Under the pieces are notes generated by a model, which saw only the letters and a program-made list of their open reading frames with translations, had not been told where the DNA came from and made no database searches. Source: Escherichia phage AV115. Taken from it: 64,000 nt of DNA. The position numbers and the translations under genes are program-made. The stretch lies in sequence record OR352945.1. The stretch is one strand, 5' to 3'. Every line of letters begins with the position of its first letter. The stretch's first letter is position 1. Shown here in pieces: positions 53,131-63,809 of the stretch.

Positions 53131-54037
53131 TAATTACACTTGTCAATTTAGAAAGACCAGATTTTACAAAGTATGAATAAATCTTGCCTTTAGGTTGTGG
53201 TTTATATGAGTTATAATACTCTATAATGGTTGAAGCAATATTATCAGGGATATAATCAAAATCAATGAGAACCAAATTTTCTTGATACCGTTTATATTCT
53301 TCTGCACTTAATAATACTTCAGCTTGAGAGCGGTCATTGGCAATTGCTTCAATAATCGTTGTTTTCATGCTTGGAGTTCGTTCACCATCAACTCTGGTAA
53401 ACCAGAAGTCACCACGAACTCGAACCGATGCAACACCGTCTTTACGGTCACCTTTAAGAATTTTAGTCATGCAATCAATTTCAGCAGAACCGTTCTTAAT
53501 TTTAACCCATTTTTTCTGTGGTGGCGACCACTGTTTAACGTTAGGATATTTGTGTAATTGTGTAAAGTCACCATCTGATGCAACAATACATACTTTATGT
53601 CCAGCTAATGACAAATATTTAGTTAATACACCGATATGGTCATCCGCTTCATACTTGTCAATATCCATTACAACGTATGGCATGTATTTCTTAATCTCAT
53701 CAACAACTTGATGGAGTGCAGTAAAATATCCTTCCCAATCCCACTTTGAAGCTTCACGATCGGTTTTACGATTTTTCTTGTAATAGTAAGCAAAGTCACG
53801 TCGCCAATAACCTGAAGTAGCATTATCCATACACAATACAAATTTTGTATAGCCTTGCTTACGGAACATCACTACGTTTTTACGAATTGAATTCAAGATT
53901 ACATGGCGAACCATCGGAACAGTAATTTTATCGCCGTCTTCAAAGTTGTTTAATGCGGCTGCCAATGCAATGTTACTAAAGTCGGCAAGTGCAATACCTT
54001 CTTTGTAATCTTCATCCAACATCATTTCTAAATCCAT
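53120..54037 (-). CDS. rnh: RNase H / 5'-3' exonuclease
   Basis: 305 aa; close to T4 RNase H. Confidence 0.95.
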   Translation of the reverse strand: MDLEMMLDEDYKEGIALADFSNIALAAALNNFEDGDKITVPMVRHVILNSIRKNVVMFRKQGYTKFVLCMDNATSGYWRRDFAYYYKKNRKTDREASKWDWEGYFTALHQVVDEIKKYMPYVVMDIDKYEADDHIGVLTKYLSLAGHKVCIVASDGDFTQLHKYPNVKQWSPPQKKWVKIKNGSAEIDCMTKILKGDRKDGVASVRVRGDFWFTRVDGERTPSMKTTIIEAIANDRSQAEVLLSAEEYKRYQENLVLIDFDYIPDNIASTIIEYYNSYKPQPKGKIYSYFVKSGLSKLTSVINEF

Positions 54038-54069
54038 ATGAACCTCTTGTTCAGTTAGTCAACTTGTCT

Positions 54070-54099
54070 ATAGTAACACACTCATTTGAAAGCGTAAAC
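54070..54099 (-). promoter_or_regulatory. early sigma70-type promoter (rnh)
   Basis: GTTTAC-N18-TACTATAGAC on minus strand ~33 nt before rnh ATG; 4 nt from gene 34 late promoter on opposite strand. Confidence 0.55.
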
Positions 54100-54102
54100 T
54101 GG

Positions 54103-54110
54103 TATAAATA
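54103..54110 (+). promoter_or_regulatory. late promoter TATAAATA (gene 34)
   Basis: Exact TATAAATA ~30 nt before gene 34 ATG. Confidence 0.7.
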
Positions 54111-54140
54111 AGTATTATTGAAACAATAAAGGAAAAACGA

Positions 54141-57100
54141 ATGGCCGACATCAAACGTAAGTTCAGAGCCGAAGACGGTCTGGACGCCGGTGGCGACAAG
54201 ATTGTTAACGTAGCATTAGCCGACCGTACAGTAGGTACTGATGGCGTAAACGTTGACTTCCTGGTACAAGAAAACACCGTTCAAGTATATGATTCTACGC
54301 GTGGATATAACAGAGGATTTGTTGTTCTTTATGACAACCGCTTATATCAAGCAATAAATGATATCGTGTCTCCTTCCGGGGCATTTAACCTTTTACAATG
54401 GCGTGCAGTTCGTACTGATGCACAATGGATAACCGTCGCTTCTGGGACTTATCAACTTTCTTCAGGCGAATCGATTTCTGTTAACACTGGTGCCGGCAAT
54501 GATATGGTTTTCACGTTGCCAAATACTCCGGTTGATGGTGATACTGTTGTTTTGGCTGATATTGGTGGAAGAACCGGGACAGTTAAAGTACAGATTAACG
54601 CGTCTGTGCAGAGTATTTTAAACTTTAGAGGTGAACAAGTTCGTACAGTTTTAATGACGCGCCCACGTTCACAACTATTGTTTGTGTTTAGTAATCGTTT
54701 GTGGCAGATGTATATTATCGATTATGGTAAAGAATCAATCACTGTTACACCTGCGACACCATATCAAGCACAAGCAAATGATTTTATCGTTCGTCGTTTT
54801 ACTAGTGCAGCACCAATCAACATTACACTTCCACGTAATGCTAACAATGGTGATATAATCAGCCTAGTCGATTTAGATAGATTAAACCCACTGTATCATA
54901 CAATTGTTAAAACATTTGATGATACAACGTCTATTGGTGAAGTCGGGACTCATATTGCCGAAGGCAGAAATGACTCTGACGCGTTTTTTGTTTTTGATGC
55001 CGCAAATAGTTTATGGCGTATATGGGAAGGCGACCAGAAATCGCGTCTTCGTATTATCCGTGCGGATTCAAATATTCGTCCAAATGAAGAAGTTCTTATT
55101 TTTGGCACAAATAACGCTACAGCCGGAACTATTAATCTTACGCTGCCTTCCGGAATTTTGAGTGGTGACACTGTTAAAATTTCAATGAACTACATGCGTA
55201 AAGGCCAAACAGTAAAAATTAAAGCTGCCGAAGGTGATACAATTGCTTCTTCTGTCGCATTACTTCAGTTCCCTAAACGTTCTGAATATCCACCTGATGC
55301 TCAATGGGTTTCTGTTACTGAACTAGAATTCAATGGCACTACTTCATATGTTCCTGTGTTAGAATTAGCGTATATCGAAGACACTGTTGCTGGTACACGT
55401 TATTGGGTTGTTCAACAAAACGTCCCTACAGTAGAACGTGTTGATGCTGGAACTGATGCTACACGAGCTCGTTTAGGTGTTATTGCTCTTGCTACTCAAG
55501 CGCAAGCAAATGTTGATTTAGAGAATACTCCAGCTAAAGAAGTGGCTATTACTCCGGAAACATTGGCAAATCGTACAGCAACTGAAGCTCGACGTGGTAT
55601 CGCTAAAATTGCTACAACAGCACAAGTTAACCAGAATTCCACAGCATCATTTGTGGACGATACTATTGTTACGCCTAAAAAACTAAATGAGCGTACAGCA
55701 ACTGAAACTCGTCGCGGTCTTGCTGAAATTGCTACTCAGACCGAAACCGATGCTGGTCTTGATGACACAACGATTATTACACCTAAGAAATTGCAGGCAC
55801 GTCAGGGTTCTGAAACACTATCGGGTATAGTTAAATATGTATCAACTACTTCTGCTACTCCTGCTGAAACTCGTGGGGCTGCAGGCACTAACGTTTATAA
55901 TAAAGACACAACTACGTTAACTATTTCGCCTAAAGCTCTCGATCAGTATAAAGCGACTTCTACTCAACAGGGTGCTACTATTCTGGCTCTTGAAAGTGAA
56001 GTAATTGCTGGTCAATCCCAAGCAGGTTATTCTCATGCTGTAGTAACTCCTGAAACACTACATAAGAAAACTTCTACTGATGGACGTATTGGTTTAATTG
56101 AAATTGCTACGCAAGCAGAAACTAATGCTGGGACTGATTATACACGTGCAGTAACGCCTAAGACGTTAAATGATAGGAAAGCTACGGAAGGATTATCCGG
56201 CATAGCCGAACTTGCTACGCAAGTTGAATTTGATACTGGAACTGATGATACTCGTATCTCGACTCCACTGAAAATTAAAACTCATTTTGATTCTTCTGAC
56301 CGTACCAGTGTTAATTCTGATTCCGGACTTATTGAAGAAGGAACCTTGTGGAACCATTATACTCTTGATATTTCTAAAGCAAATGAAACACAACGTGGTA
56401 CACTTCGCGTAGCGACCCAGGCAGAATCTAATGCAGGAACTTTAGATGATGTTCTTATTACTCCTAAAAAGCTTTTAGGGACTAAGTCCACTGAAACGTC
56501 TGAAGGCGTAATTAAGGTTGCTACTCAGGCTGAAACTGTAACAGGAACTTCTGCTAATACTGCTGTATCTCCTAAGAATTTAAAATGGATTGTCCAGAAA
56601 GAACCAACATGGGCTGCTACTACAGCAATTCGCGGATTCGTTAAAACTTCATCCGGTTCTATTACATTCGTTGGTAATGATACAGTCGGTTCTACCCAAG
56701 ATTTAGAACTGTATGAGAAAAATAGCTATGCAGTATCACCATATGAATTAAACCGTGTATTGGCAAATTATTTGCCGTTAAAAGCAAAAGCCGTAGATAG
56801 TAATTTATTGGATGGTCTAGATTCATCTCAGTTCATTCGTAGGGACATCGCCCAGTCAGTTAATGGTTCACTAACCTTAACCCAACAAACGAATCTGAGT
56901 GCCCCTCTTGTATCATCTAGTACTGCTACGTTTGGTGGTTCAGTTTCGGCAAATAGTACATTAACTATTTCTAACTCTGGAACAGCTACTCGTCTGATTT
57001 TTGAAAAAGGACCTCAGTCCGGAACAAATCCTGCTCAAACGATGACTATCAGAGTTTGGGGAAATGAATTTGGTGGTGGTTCAGATACAACACGTTCTAC

Positions 57101-58016
57101 TGTATTTGAAGTTGGTGATGAAACATCTAATCACTTTTATTCTCAACGTAATAAAGCTGGGAATATAACGTTTAGCATTAATGGTACTGTGATGCCAATA
57201 AATGTTAACGCTTCAGGCACGTTAAATGCGAATGGTGTAGCAACATTTGGTCGTTCAGTTACAGCCAATGGTGAATTCATTAGCAAGTCTGCAAATGCTT
57301 TTAGAGCAATAAACGGTGATTATGGATTCTTTATTCGTAATGATGCCTCTAATACCTATTTTTTGCTCACTGCAGCCGGTGATCAGACTGGTGGTTTTAA
57401 TGGATTACGCCCATTATTAATTAATAATCAATCCGGTCAGATTACAATTGGTGAAGGCTTAATCATCGCCAAAGGTGTTACTATAAATTCAGGCGGTTTG
57501 ACTGTTAACTCGAGAATTCGTTCTCAGGGTATTAAAACATCTGATTTATATACTCGTGCGCCAACATCTGATACTGTAGGATTCTGGTCAATCGATATTA
57601 ACGATTCAGCCACTTATAACCAGTTCCCAGGTTATTTTAAAATGGTTGAAAAAACTAATGAAGTGACTGGGCTTCCATACTTAGAACGCGGCGAAGAAGT
57701 TAAATCTCCTGGTACATTGACTCAGTTTGGTAATACACTTGATTCACTTTACCAAGATTGGATTACTTATCCAACAACTCCAGAAGCACGTACCACTCGC
57801 TGGACACGTACATGGCAGAAAACTAAAAATTCTTGGTCAAGTTTTGTTCAGGTATTTGATGGAGGTAACCCTCCTCAACCATCTGATATTGGTGCTTTAC
57901 CATCTGATAATGCTACAATGGGGAATCTTACTATTCGTGATTTCTTAAGGATTGGTAATGTCCGCATTATTCCAGACCCTGTGAATAAATCTGTTAAATT
58001 CGAGTGGATTGAATAA
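54141..58016 (+). CDS. 34: long tail fibre proximal subunit
   Basis: 1291 aa; repeated TPKxL..R.ATE..G.A.IAT fibre motifs; late promoter at 54103. Confidence 0.95.
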   Translation: MADIKRKFRAEDGLDAGGDKIVNVALADRTVGTDGVNVDFLVQENTVQVYDSTRGYNRGFVVLYDNRLYQAINDIVSPSGAFNLLQWRAVRTDAQWITVASGTYQLSSGESISVNTGAGNDMVFTLPNTPVDGDTVVLADIGGRTGTVKVQINASVQSILNFRGEQVRTVLMTRPRSQLLFVFSNRLWQMYIIDYGKESITVTPATPYQAQANDFIVRRFTSAAPINITLPRNANNGDIISLVDLDRLNPLYHTIVKTFDDTTSIGEVGTHIAEGRNDSDAFFVFDAANSLWRIWEGDQKSRLRIIRADSNIRPNEEVLIFGTNNATAGTINLTLPSGILSGDTVKISMNYMRKGQTVKIKAAEGDTIASSVALLQFPKRSEYPPDAQWVSVTELEFNGTTSYVPVLELAYIEDTVAGTRYWVVQQNVPTVERVDAGTDATRARLGVIALATQAQANVDLENTPAKEVAITPETLANRTATEARRGIAKIATTAQVNQNSTASFVDDTIVTPKKLNERTATETRRGLAEIATQTETDAGLDDTTIITPKKLQARQGSETLSGIVKYVSTTSATPAETRGAAGTNVYNKDTTTLTISPKALDQYKATSTQQGATILALESEVIAGQSQAGYSHAVVTPETLHKKTSTDGRIGLIEIATQAETNAGTDYTRAVTPKTLNDRKATEGLSGIAELATQVEFDTGTDDTRISTPLKIKTHFDSSDRTSVNSDSGLIEEGTLWNHYTLDISKANETQRGTLRVATQAESNAGTLDDVLITPKKLLGTKSTETSEGVIKVATQAETVTGTSANTAVSPKNLKWIVQKEPTWAATTAIRGFVKTSSGSITFVGNDTVGSTQDLELYEKNSYAVSPYELNRVLANYLPLKAKAVDSNLLDGLDSSQFIRRDIAQSVNGSLTLTQQTNLSAPLVSSSTATFGGSVSANSTLTISNSGTATRLIFEKGPQSGTNPAQTMTIRVWGNEFGGGSDTTRSTVFEVGDETSNHFYSQRNKAGNITFSINGTVMPINVNASGTLNANGVATFGRSVTANGEFISKSANAFRAINGDYGFFIRNDASNTYFLLTAAGDQTGGFNGLRPLLINNQSGQITIGEGLIIAKGVTINSGGLTVNSRIRSQGIKTSDLYTRAPTSDTVGFWSIDINDSATYNQFPGYFKMVEKTNEVTGLPYLERGEEVKSPGTLTQFGNTLDSLYQDWITYPTTPEARTTRWTRTWQKTKNSWSSFVQVFDGGNPPQPSDIGALPSDNATMGNLTIRDFLRIGNVRIIPDPVNKSVKFEWIE

Positions 58017-58024
58017 GAGGTATT

Positions 58025-59152
58025 ATGGAAAAATTTATGGCTAAGTTTGGACAAGGATACGTCCAAACGCCATTTTTATCGGAAAGCAATTCAGTACGAT
58101 TTAAATTAAGCATAGCGGGCTCTTGCCCGCTATCAACATCTCCTGCTTATATTAAGTTCCAGGATAATCCACTTGGTTCCCAGGTTTTTTCCGTTGGATT
58201 AAACGTTCGTGTAATAAATCCTACAACAGGTGCAGTAGTTGAATCTAAGTCATATAATTTCTCTACTGAAAACGACGCCACGTCAAGTGCATTTGTTACT
58301 TACATGGATACATATGCTTCAAATTTTATATTTGCTCTTGTTACTAACGCTAAAACAAACTTTCCTCCTGAAGTTCTCGCATGGTTTACCAAAGCTGGGA
58401 GTTCTGCTATTCCATTAGCTCAACAAGTTTTAAATATAGTGGACATTTCTTATTCTGCATTTTATATTTCTGGTAAGAACGCTATAGCACTAGAACATAT
58501 TAAGTATAGTAATAAGAAAACTTCAACCGACTATAGTACACCACTTGATGTTGTGTACGACACTATCGATGATATTGGTGCTACCGGCTTCCCTAGTCGT
58601 ACGTACGAATCGACAGACACATTTTTATCTGCTGTTGGAGGTACTAATAACGAAATTAAAAGGATGCCTACAACATCCCTTATTACACCTCTCGCTGGGT
58701 ATAAATTGAAGCCTGGAGATTTCCTTTATATGAAATTCCAACTAATGGCCGATGCTGATTTGTTAGCACAAGGGACGACACGACTCTCTATTCGTTTCTT
58801 TAAATCTCCTTCTACTTCACCTATTTCATTTAAGGATATAAACTTTGATGGGGCTGCAGGTGAATGGAAGATATATGAAGACTACATAGAAATTCCTGCT
58901 GGTGCTGACGGGTTCACGATTTATTGTTATCGTACAGCTCCAGTCGGGCAAGGTGGATTAAGAAACGTTATATTCACTGAAGTATCATGTAATGGAAGCG
59001 TTTCAAAACCTGCTGAGTTTGGTATAAATGGTATTCGTGTAAATTATGTTTCAGAATCTTTAAGTGCCCCAGACATAATGACATTACCTACTCAATCTTC
59101 AACTGATACCGGTAAGGTATTTGGACAAGAATTTAAAGAAGCATCAGAATAA
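58025..59152 (+). CDS. 35: long tail fibre hinge protein
   Basis: 375 aa; synteny 34-35-36-37. Confidence 0.9.
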   Translation: MEKFMAKFGQGYVQTPFLSESNSVRFKLSIAGSCPLSTSPAYIKFQDNPLGSQVFSVGLNVRVINPTTGAVVESKSYNFSTENDATSSAFVTYMDTYASNFIFALVTNAKTNFPPEVLAWFTKAGSSAIPLAQQVLNIVDISYSAFYISGKNAIALEHIKYSNKKTSTDYSTPLDVVYDTIDDIGATGFPSRTYESTDTFLSAVGGTNNEIKRMPTTSLITPLAGYKLKPGDFLYMKFQLMADADLLAQGTTRLSIRFFKSPSTSPISFKDINFDGAAGEWKIYEDYIEIPAGADGFTIYCYRTAPVGQGGLRNVIFTEVSCNGSVSKPAEFGINGIRVNYVSESLSAPDIMTLPTQSSTDTGKVFGQEFKEASE

Positions 59153-59157
59153 ATTTA

Positions 59158-59175
59158 GGGAGACCGAAGTCTCCC
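59158..59175 (+). terminator. stem-loop GGGAGACCGAAGTCTCCC (copy 3), after gene 35
   Basis: Identical 18-nt hairpin followed by ATTTTTG, then late promoter. Confidence 0.6.
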
Positions 59176-59182
59176 ATTTTTG

Positions 59183-59190
59183 TATAAATA
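59183..59190 (+). promoter_or_regulatory. late promoter TATAAATA (gene 36)
   Basis: Exact TATAAATA ~25 nt before gene 36 ATG, after gene 35 terminator. Confidence 0.7.
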
Positions 59191-59214
59191 TGGTATACAT
59201 ATAAGGAGACAACT

Positions 59215-59877
59215 ATGGCCGATTTAAAAGCTGGTAGTACAACTGGCGGTGCCGTTATATGGCATCAAGGTAATTTCCCTTTAATGCCAGCAGGTGATGA
59301 CGTCCTGTATAAAACGTTTAAACTCTATTCAGAATATAATAAACCACAAGCTGCTGATAATGATTTCGTTTCTAAAGCTAATGGTGGTACTTACGCTGCA
59401 ACTGTTCGATTTAACGGAGGCGTACATGTTCCTACTGTAGGTAGTAGTCAACAGTGTGGTGTTTATCCAGGTAACGGTGATGCAGCTACTTTTGATATGG
59501 CAAATATTGACATCGTTTCGTGGAATGGTATTGGTTTTAAGTCATCACAAGGTTCAGCAGACCGAACTGTTGTTATTAACGCTCGTAATGGTGATATTAG
59601 TACAAAAGGCGTTGTGACAGCAGTAGGTCAAGTAAGAAGCGATGCGACTTCTCCTATAGCAGCGAATGATCTCACAAGAAAAGATTATGTTGATGGACGA
59701 ATAAATATTGTTACGGATAACGCAAATTCCCGTGTATTGCGTAAAGGCGATACCATGATTGGTACTTTAACAGCACCAAACTTTTTCTCACAGAATCCGG
59801 CGTCTGAGGCTAATCATGTTCCTCGTTTCGACCAGATTGTAATTAAAGATTCTGTTCAAGATTTCGGCTATTATTAA
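59215..59877 (+). CDS. 36: long tail fibre proximal-distal connector
   Basis: 220 aa; late promoter at 59183. Confidence 0.9.
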   Translation: MADLKAGSTTGGAVIWHQGNFPLMPAGDDVLYKTFKLYSEYNKPQAADNDFVSKANGGTYAATVRFNGGVHVPTVGSSQQCGVYPGNGDAATFDMANIDIVSWNGIGFKSSQGSADRTVVINARNGDISTKGVVTAVGQVRSDATSPIAANDLTRKDYVDGRINIVTDNANSRVLRKGDTMIGTLTAPNFFSQNPASEANHVPRFDQIVIKDSVQDFGYY

Positions 59878-59885
59878 GAGGACTT

Positions 59886-62800
59886 ATGGCTACATTAAAA
59901 CAGATACAATTTAAAAGAAGCAAAGTAGCAGGAGTTAATCCTACTGCAGCACAATTAGCCGAAGGCGAATTAGCGATAAACTTAAAAGATCGAACTCTTT
60001 TTACTAAAGATGACCTCGGTAATATTATTAGCCTAGGCTTTGCTAAGGGTGGGGATATTAACGGTAATGTAACTCAAACTGGCGATTATTTACAAAACGG
60101 CACGTATAATCTCAATGGAAATCAGTTTGTTTACGCAGGAAAATACATTGAATTTTTACCTAAAACCACTGGAAATGGCGCTTGGGCTAACCAACATTCG
60201 AATAAAGCCCCTATCTTTACAGATTTAAGTTCAACTACTTCTGTTTCAGAATACCATCCACTGATTAAACAACGTTATAAAGATGGAACTTTTTCTGCTG
60301 GTACATTAGTAAACGAAGGTAGTTTTAAATTCCATTATATTGATGAAACCGGGACTTCAAAATACTGGACTTTTAATCGAAACGGTAATTTTCAAGTTGA
60401 TTCCGGAAGTTTATTAGTATCTAATGGATATTTAGTTACTCAAAGTAATATTGAAACTAAAGCTGGTTCTTTAATTGGTCCTAAAGTTATTACCAAAAAT
60501 ATCAATGTGAGTACTAAATCTTGGGACACTAATATTGATACTGCATATGATTTAGTTTCATTACCGACTTGGCACTATACTCCAACCGAAACAGATTTGG
60601 ATACTAATGGTATAAACTACCTTCGTAAATTCCGCGGACATGTTTCTTCTGCTATTTTCCATGAAGTTGCTGATGCTCGTTCAGGTAAACCACAGAATAT
60701 TTCGTATTGGACGGGACGTAATGCTGAAGTTTATCAATGGTCTTATACCACAGACGGGCGTATGTCTGTTGCTAATTCGATAGGTATAGGTCTTGCTGAT
60801 GTTGGTGACCAAGGACGTTATCCATTGGTTTCGTTTGGTAAAGGTATTGCAATTGGTGACAATGATACTGGTATTAAATGGGTTCGTGACGGCGTTATTG
60901 ATTTGATTGCTAACGGTGTTTCGACCGGTACAATAAACAGTACTGGTGTTAATAGTACAAAGAAATTAACAGTTGGGTATAGCCGTGATTCTGGATCTAC
61001 TTGGGATTATCCGAATACCAACCAGGCAATGTTCAGCGCTAGAACAGAAGTTGATGGTAATAATAACGGTGATGGTCAAACTCACATTGGTTATAGTTCT
61101 AATGCTAAGATGTATCATTATTTCCGTGGCGCTGGCCGCATGGCCATCAGCATGGGTGAAGGTCTTATTGTCGAACCAGGAATTCTTGATATTAAAACCG
61201 GTTCAAATTCGTTAAATTTGCGTGCTGATGGTACCATCGCTTCTGTTCAAACGTTAAAACTTAATAATGGATTATATTTTAATGGTGATGGAACTAATGC
61301 TTCTCTAATTTTTAAAGCAGCTTCAGGTATTGATGGTACTAAGCAAATTTTGTGGGAAGGCGGTACTCGTGCAGGTCAGAACAAAAGTTATGTGACCGTG
61401 AAAGCATGGGGTAACTCATTTAATGCTACTGGTGATAAAGCTCGAGAAACCGTATTTGAGGTTTCTGATGGCCAAGGTTATTATTTCTATTCTCAACGCG
61501 TAGCTCCGACCGGTTCTGAAACTACAGGCCCTGTTGTAACTCAGTTCAATGGACAGGTTAATGCTAGAGGAAGCTTAATAACCGACGGAAGTCTTAGAGT
61601 TAACGGATTAAGCACTCTAGTTGGCAACGTTACAATGAATAATGGATTGTTTGTTCAAGGCGGTTCTTCTATTACTGGACAAGTTAAAATTGGTGGAACA
61701 GCTGATGCATTAAGAATTTGGAATGCTGAATACGGTGCTATTTTCCGTCGTTCTGAAGATAAGCTTTATATTATTCCAACTCCGCAGAATGCTGGTGAAT
61801 CAGGTGGTATTTCTAATTTACGTCCGTTCTATATTGCATTAAGTAATGGTAAAGTTTCTATGGATCATGATGTAGATATCGGCGGCGGCAGATTTAAAGT
61901 AGAAGCTGCTGGAACTACGGCTGGTCAACGCATAACAGTAAATATGGCATCAGATGCTATTAGAATAAATGCTCCAACACAAGAGTCTTCTAACTTCATT
62001 CAAGGACGTAAAGCAGATGTTCCGAAATGGTATTTAGGTATTGGCGACGGCGGCAACGTCGTTCGTATGCACAGTTACACATATTCACATGGTATTGCAT
62101 TAAACTCTGATTCTGTCGATATTACTAAACCTCTTAAAGTCGGAAATGCCCAACTAGGAACCGATGGCAATATCACGGGCGGTTCAGGAAACTTTGCTAA
62201 CTTGAATACAACTTTAAACCGTAAAGTGAATTCTGGTTTTATTACTTATGGAGCAACTGCAGGTTGGTACAAGTTTGCAACAGTAACAATGCCTCAAGCT
62301 ACATCAACCGTTTCAATTACAGTCACTGGCGGAAATGGATCTAATTCTGGATCATTTAATCAGTGCGCAATTTCTGAAATTGTTCTTCGTACAGGAAACA
62401 ATACTCCTAAAGGATTAAATGCTGTTCTATATAGAAGAGGACTAAATTCATTTAGAGATATTGCTTGGGTTAATACATCTGGCGATACATATGACATTTA
62501 TGTCAATATGGGAACATATGCTAATCAGTTAATATTCAATTACAGTTCTGTTGATAATGCAACAGTTCAAATAATTGGCGCATTTAGCTCAGCTCAAAGT
62601 CCTGTTGATACATTACCGGAAACAAATGTTAAAGGACAGGTAGCAGATGTATTGACTAACTTAGTTGATTCAGGAAAAACAAAGCGTTTTGTTGCTGAAT
62701 CTGAAATAGCTGTTAATAATCAAACTGGATTACGTATTACGAGTAATGGTGATAAATCTGGTTCAAATTCAGTATTATTTAGAAATGACGGTGGAAGCTT

Positions 62801-63779
62801 CTATATTTTACTGACCGACAAAAACTCTTCAGACGGCGATAATAAAGCAACTGAAGGTGGTTGGAATGGAAAACGACCATTTTCAATTGATATGACTGCT
62901 GGTACTGTTCGTCTTGGCGAAAATACTTCTTTTGGTAAAGATGTTACTATTGATGGAAGCATTAATTCACGAGTTAAAGTTGTCGGACAGTGGAGTGTTA
63001 GCTTTTCTGATATTTCAGATGTGACTCGTGACCGTTCTGCATTTTTAGTGAATACGGGTGGCATTTCCAAGACAAGTCAATCTTATTACCCGCTATTTTC
63101 TGGATACAGTTTTTTAACTGACGCAGGTTATCGCCAATCGTTTGAATTTGGATGGTTAGGTGTTTCTGGTACTTGGCGTCAAGGCATTATTCGCATGCGT
63201 GGTGACAACCCATCGGGGCAACAGGCTCGTTGGACTTTTGATATGGACGGAACATTTTATGCTCCTATACTATCATGCGGATCTGCGAGAGCATTCGGTG
63301 TCAATACAACAAATGGATGGGGTGGTAACTCAATTGCGATAGGTGATAGTGATACTGGTTTTAGACAAGTAGGCGATGGGCTTTTAGAAACATGGGCAAA
63401 CAACGTTAAGGTCGTTCGTTATACTTCAAGTGAAGTTTATTCCGAGAAAAACGTCAACGCTCCTAACGTTTATATTCGTTCTGATATTCGTTTGAAATCT
63501 AATTTCAAGCCTATTGAAAACGCGCTCGAAAAGGTTGAACAACTTGATGGTTTAATCTATGACAAAGCTGAATATATAGGCGGTGAACCTGTCCAAACAG
63601 AAGCGGGTATTGTGGCTCAAACACTGCAAGATGTTTTACCAGAAGCAGTTCGTGAAGTTGAAGATATTAAGGGTAATAAAATACTCACTGTTTCTTCTCA
63701 ATCCCAGATTGCTCTTCTGGTTGAAGCTGTGAAAACACTTTCTTCTCGTGTAAAAGAACTTGAATCTAAACTTATGTAA
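59886..63779 (+). CDS. 37: long tail fibre distal subunit with C-terminal intramolecular chaperone
   Basis: 1297 aa; C-terminal ~100 aa (from ...YIRSDIRLKSNF to end) resembles self-cleaving chaperone domain. Confidence 0.93.
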   Translation: MATLKQIQFKRSKVAGVNPTAAQLAEGELAINLKDRTLFTKDDLGNIISLGFAKGGDINGNVTQTGDYLQNGTYNLNGNQFVYAGKYIEFLPKTTGNGAWANQHSNKAPIFTDLSSTTSVSEYHPLIKQRYKDGTFSAGTLVNEGSFKFHYIDETGTSKYWTFNRNGNFQVDSGSLLVSNGYLVTQSNIETKAGSLIGPKVITKNINVSTKSWDTNIDTAYDLVSLPTWHYTPTETDLDTNGINYLRKFRGHVSSAIFHEVADARSGKPQNISYWTGRNAEVYQWSYTTDGRMSVANSIGIGLADVGDQGRYPLVSFGKGIAIGDNDTGIKWVRDGVIDLIANGVSTGTINSTGVNSTKKLTVGYSRDSGSTWDYPNTNQAMFSARTEVDGNNNGDGQTHIGYSSNAKMYHYFRGAGRMAISMGEGLIVEPGILDIKTGSNSLNLRADGTIASVQTLKLNNGLYFNGDGTNASLIFKAASGIDGTKQILWEGGTRAGQNKSYVTVKAWGNSFNATGDKARETVFEVSDGQGYYFYSQRVAPTGSETTGPVVTQFNGQVNARGSLITDGSLRVNGLSTLVGNVTMNNGLFVQGGSSITGQVKIGGTADALRIWNAEYGAIFRRSEDKLYIIPTPQNAGESGGISNLRPFYIALSNGKVSMDHDVDIGGGRFKVEAAGTTAGQRITVNMASDAIRINAPTQESSNFIQGRKADVPKWYLGIGDGGNVVRMHSYTYSHGIALNSDSVDITKPLKVGNAQLGTDGNITGGSGNFANLNTTLNRKVNSGFITYGATAGWYKFATVTMPQATSTVSITVTGGNGSNSGSFNQCAISEIVLRTGNNTPKGLNAVLYRRGLNSFRDIAWVNTSGDTYDIYVNMGTYANQLIFNYSSVDNATVQIIGAFSSAQSPVDTLPETNVKGQVADVLTNLVDSGKTKRFVAESEIAVNNQTGLRITSNGDKSGSNSVLFRNDGGSFYILLTDKNSSDGDNKATEGGWNGKRPFSIDMTAGTVRLGENTSFGKDVTIDGSINSRVKVVGQWSVSFSDISDVTRDRSAFLVNTGGISKTSQSYYPLFSGYSFLTDAGYRQSFEFGWLGVSGTWRQGIIRMRGDNPSGQQARWTFDMDGTFYAPILSCGSARAFGVNTTNGWGGNSIAIGDSDTGFRQVGDGLLETWANNVKVVRYTSSEVYSEKNVNAPNVYIRSDIRLKSNFKPIENALEKVEQLDGLIYDKAEYIGGEPVQTEAGIVAQTLQDVLPEAVREVEDIKGNKILTVSSQSQIALLVEAVKTLSSRVKELESKLM

Positions 63780-63780
63780 A

Positions 63781-63798
63781 AGAGGGCTTCGGCCCTCT
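63781..63798 (+). terminator. stem-loop between genes 37 and 38
   Basis: AGAGGGC-ttcg-GCCCTCT immediately after gene 37 stop, before gene 38 SD. Confidence 0.45.
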
Positions 63799-63809
63799 AA
63801 GGATTTTTA

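Noticed and set aside
55440-56560. Internal repeats in gene 34 (recurring TPKKL...RxATE...GIA.IAT segments) as a possible tandem mobile repeat
   Set aside because: They are in-frame structural repeats typical of fibre proteins, not a non-coding or mobile repeat.
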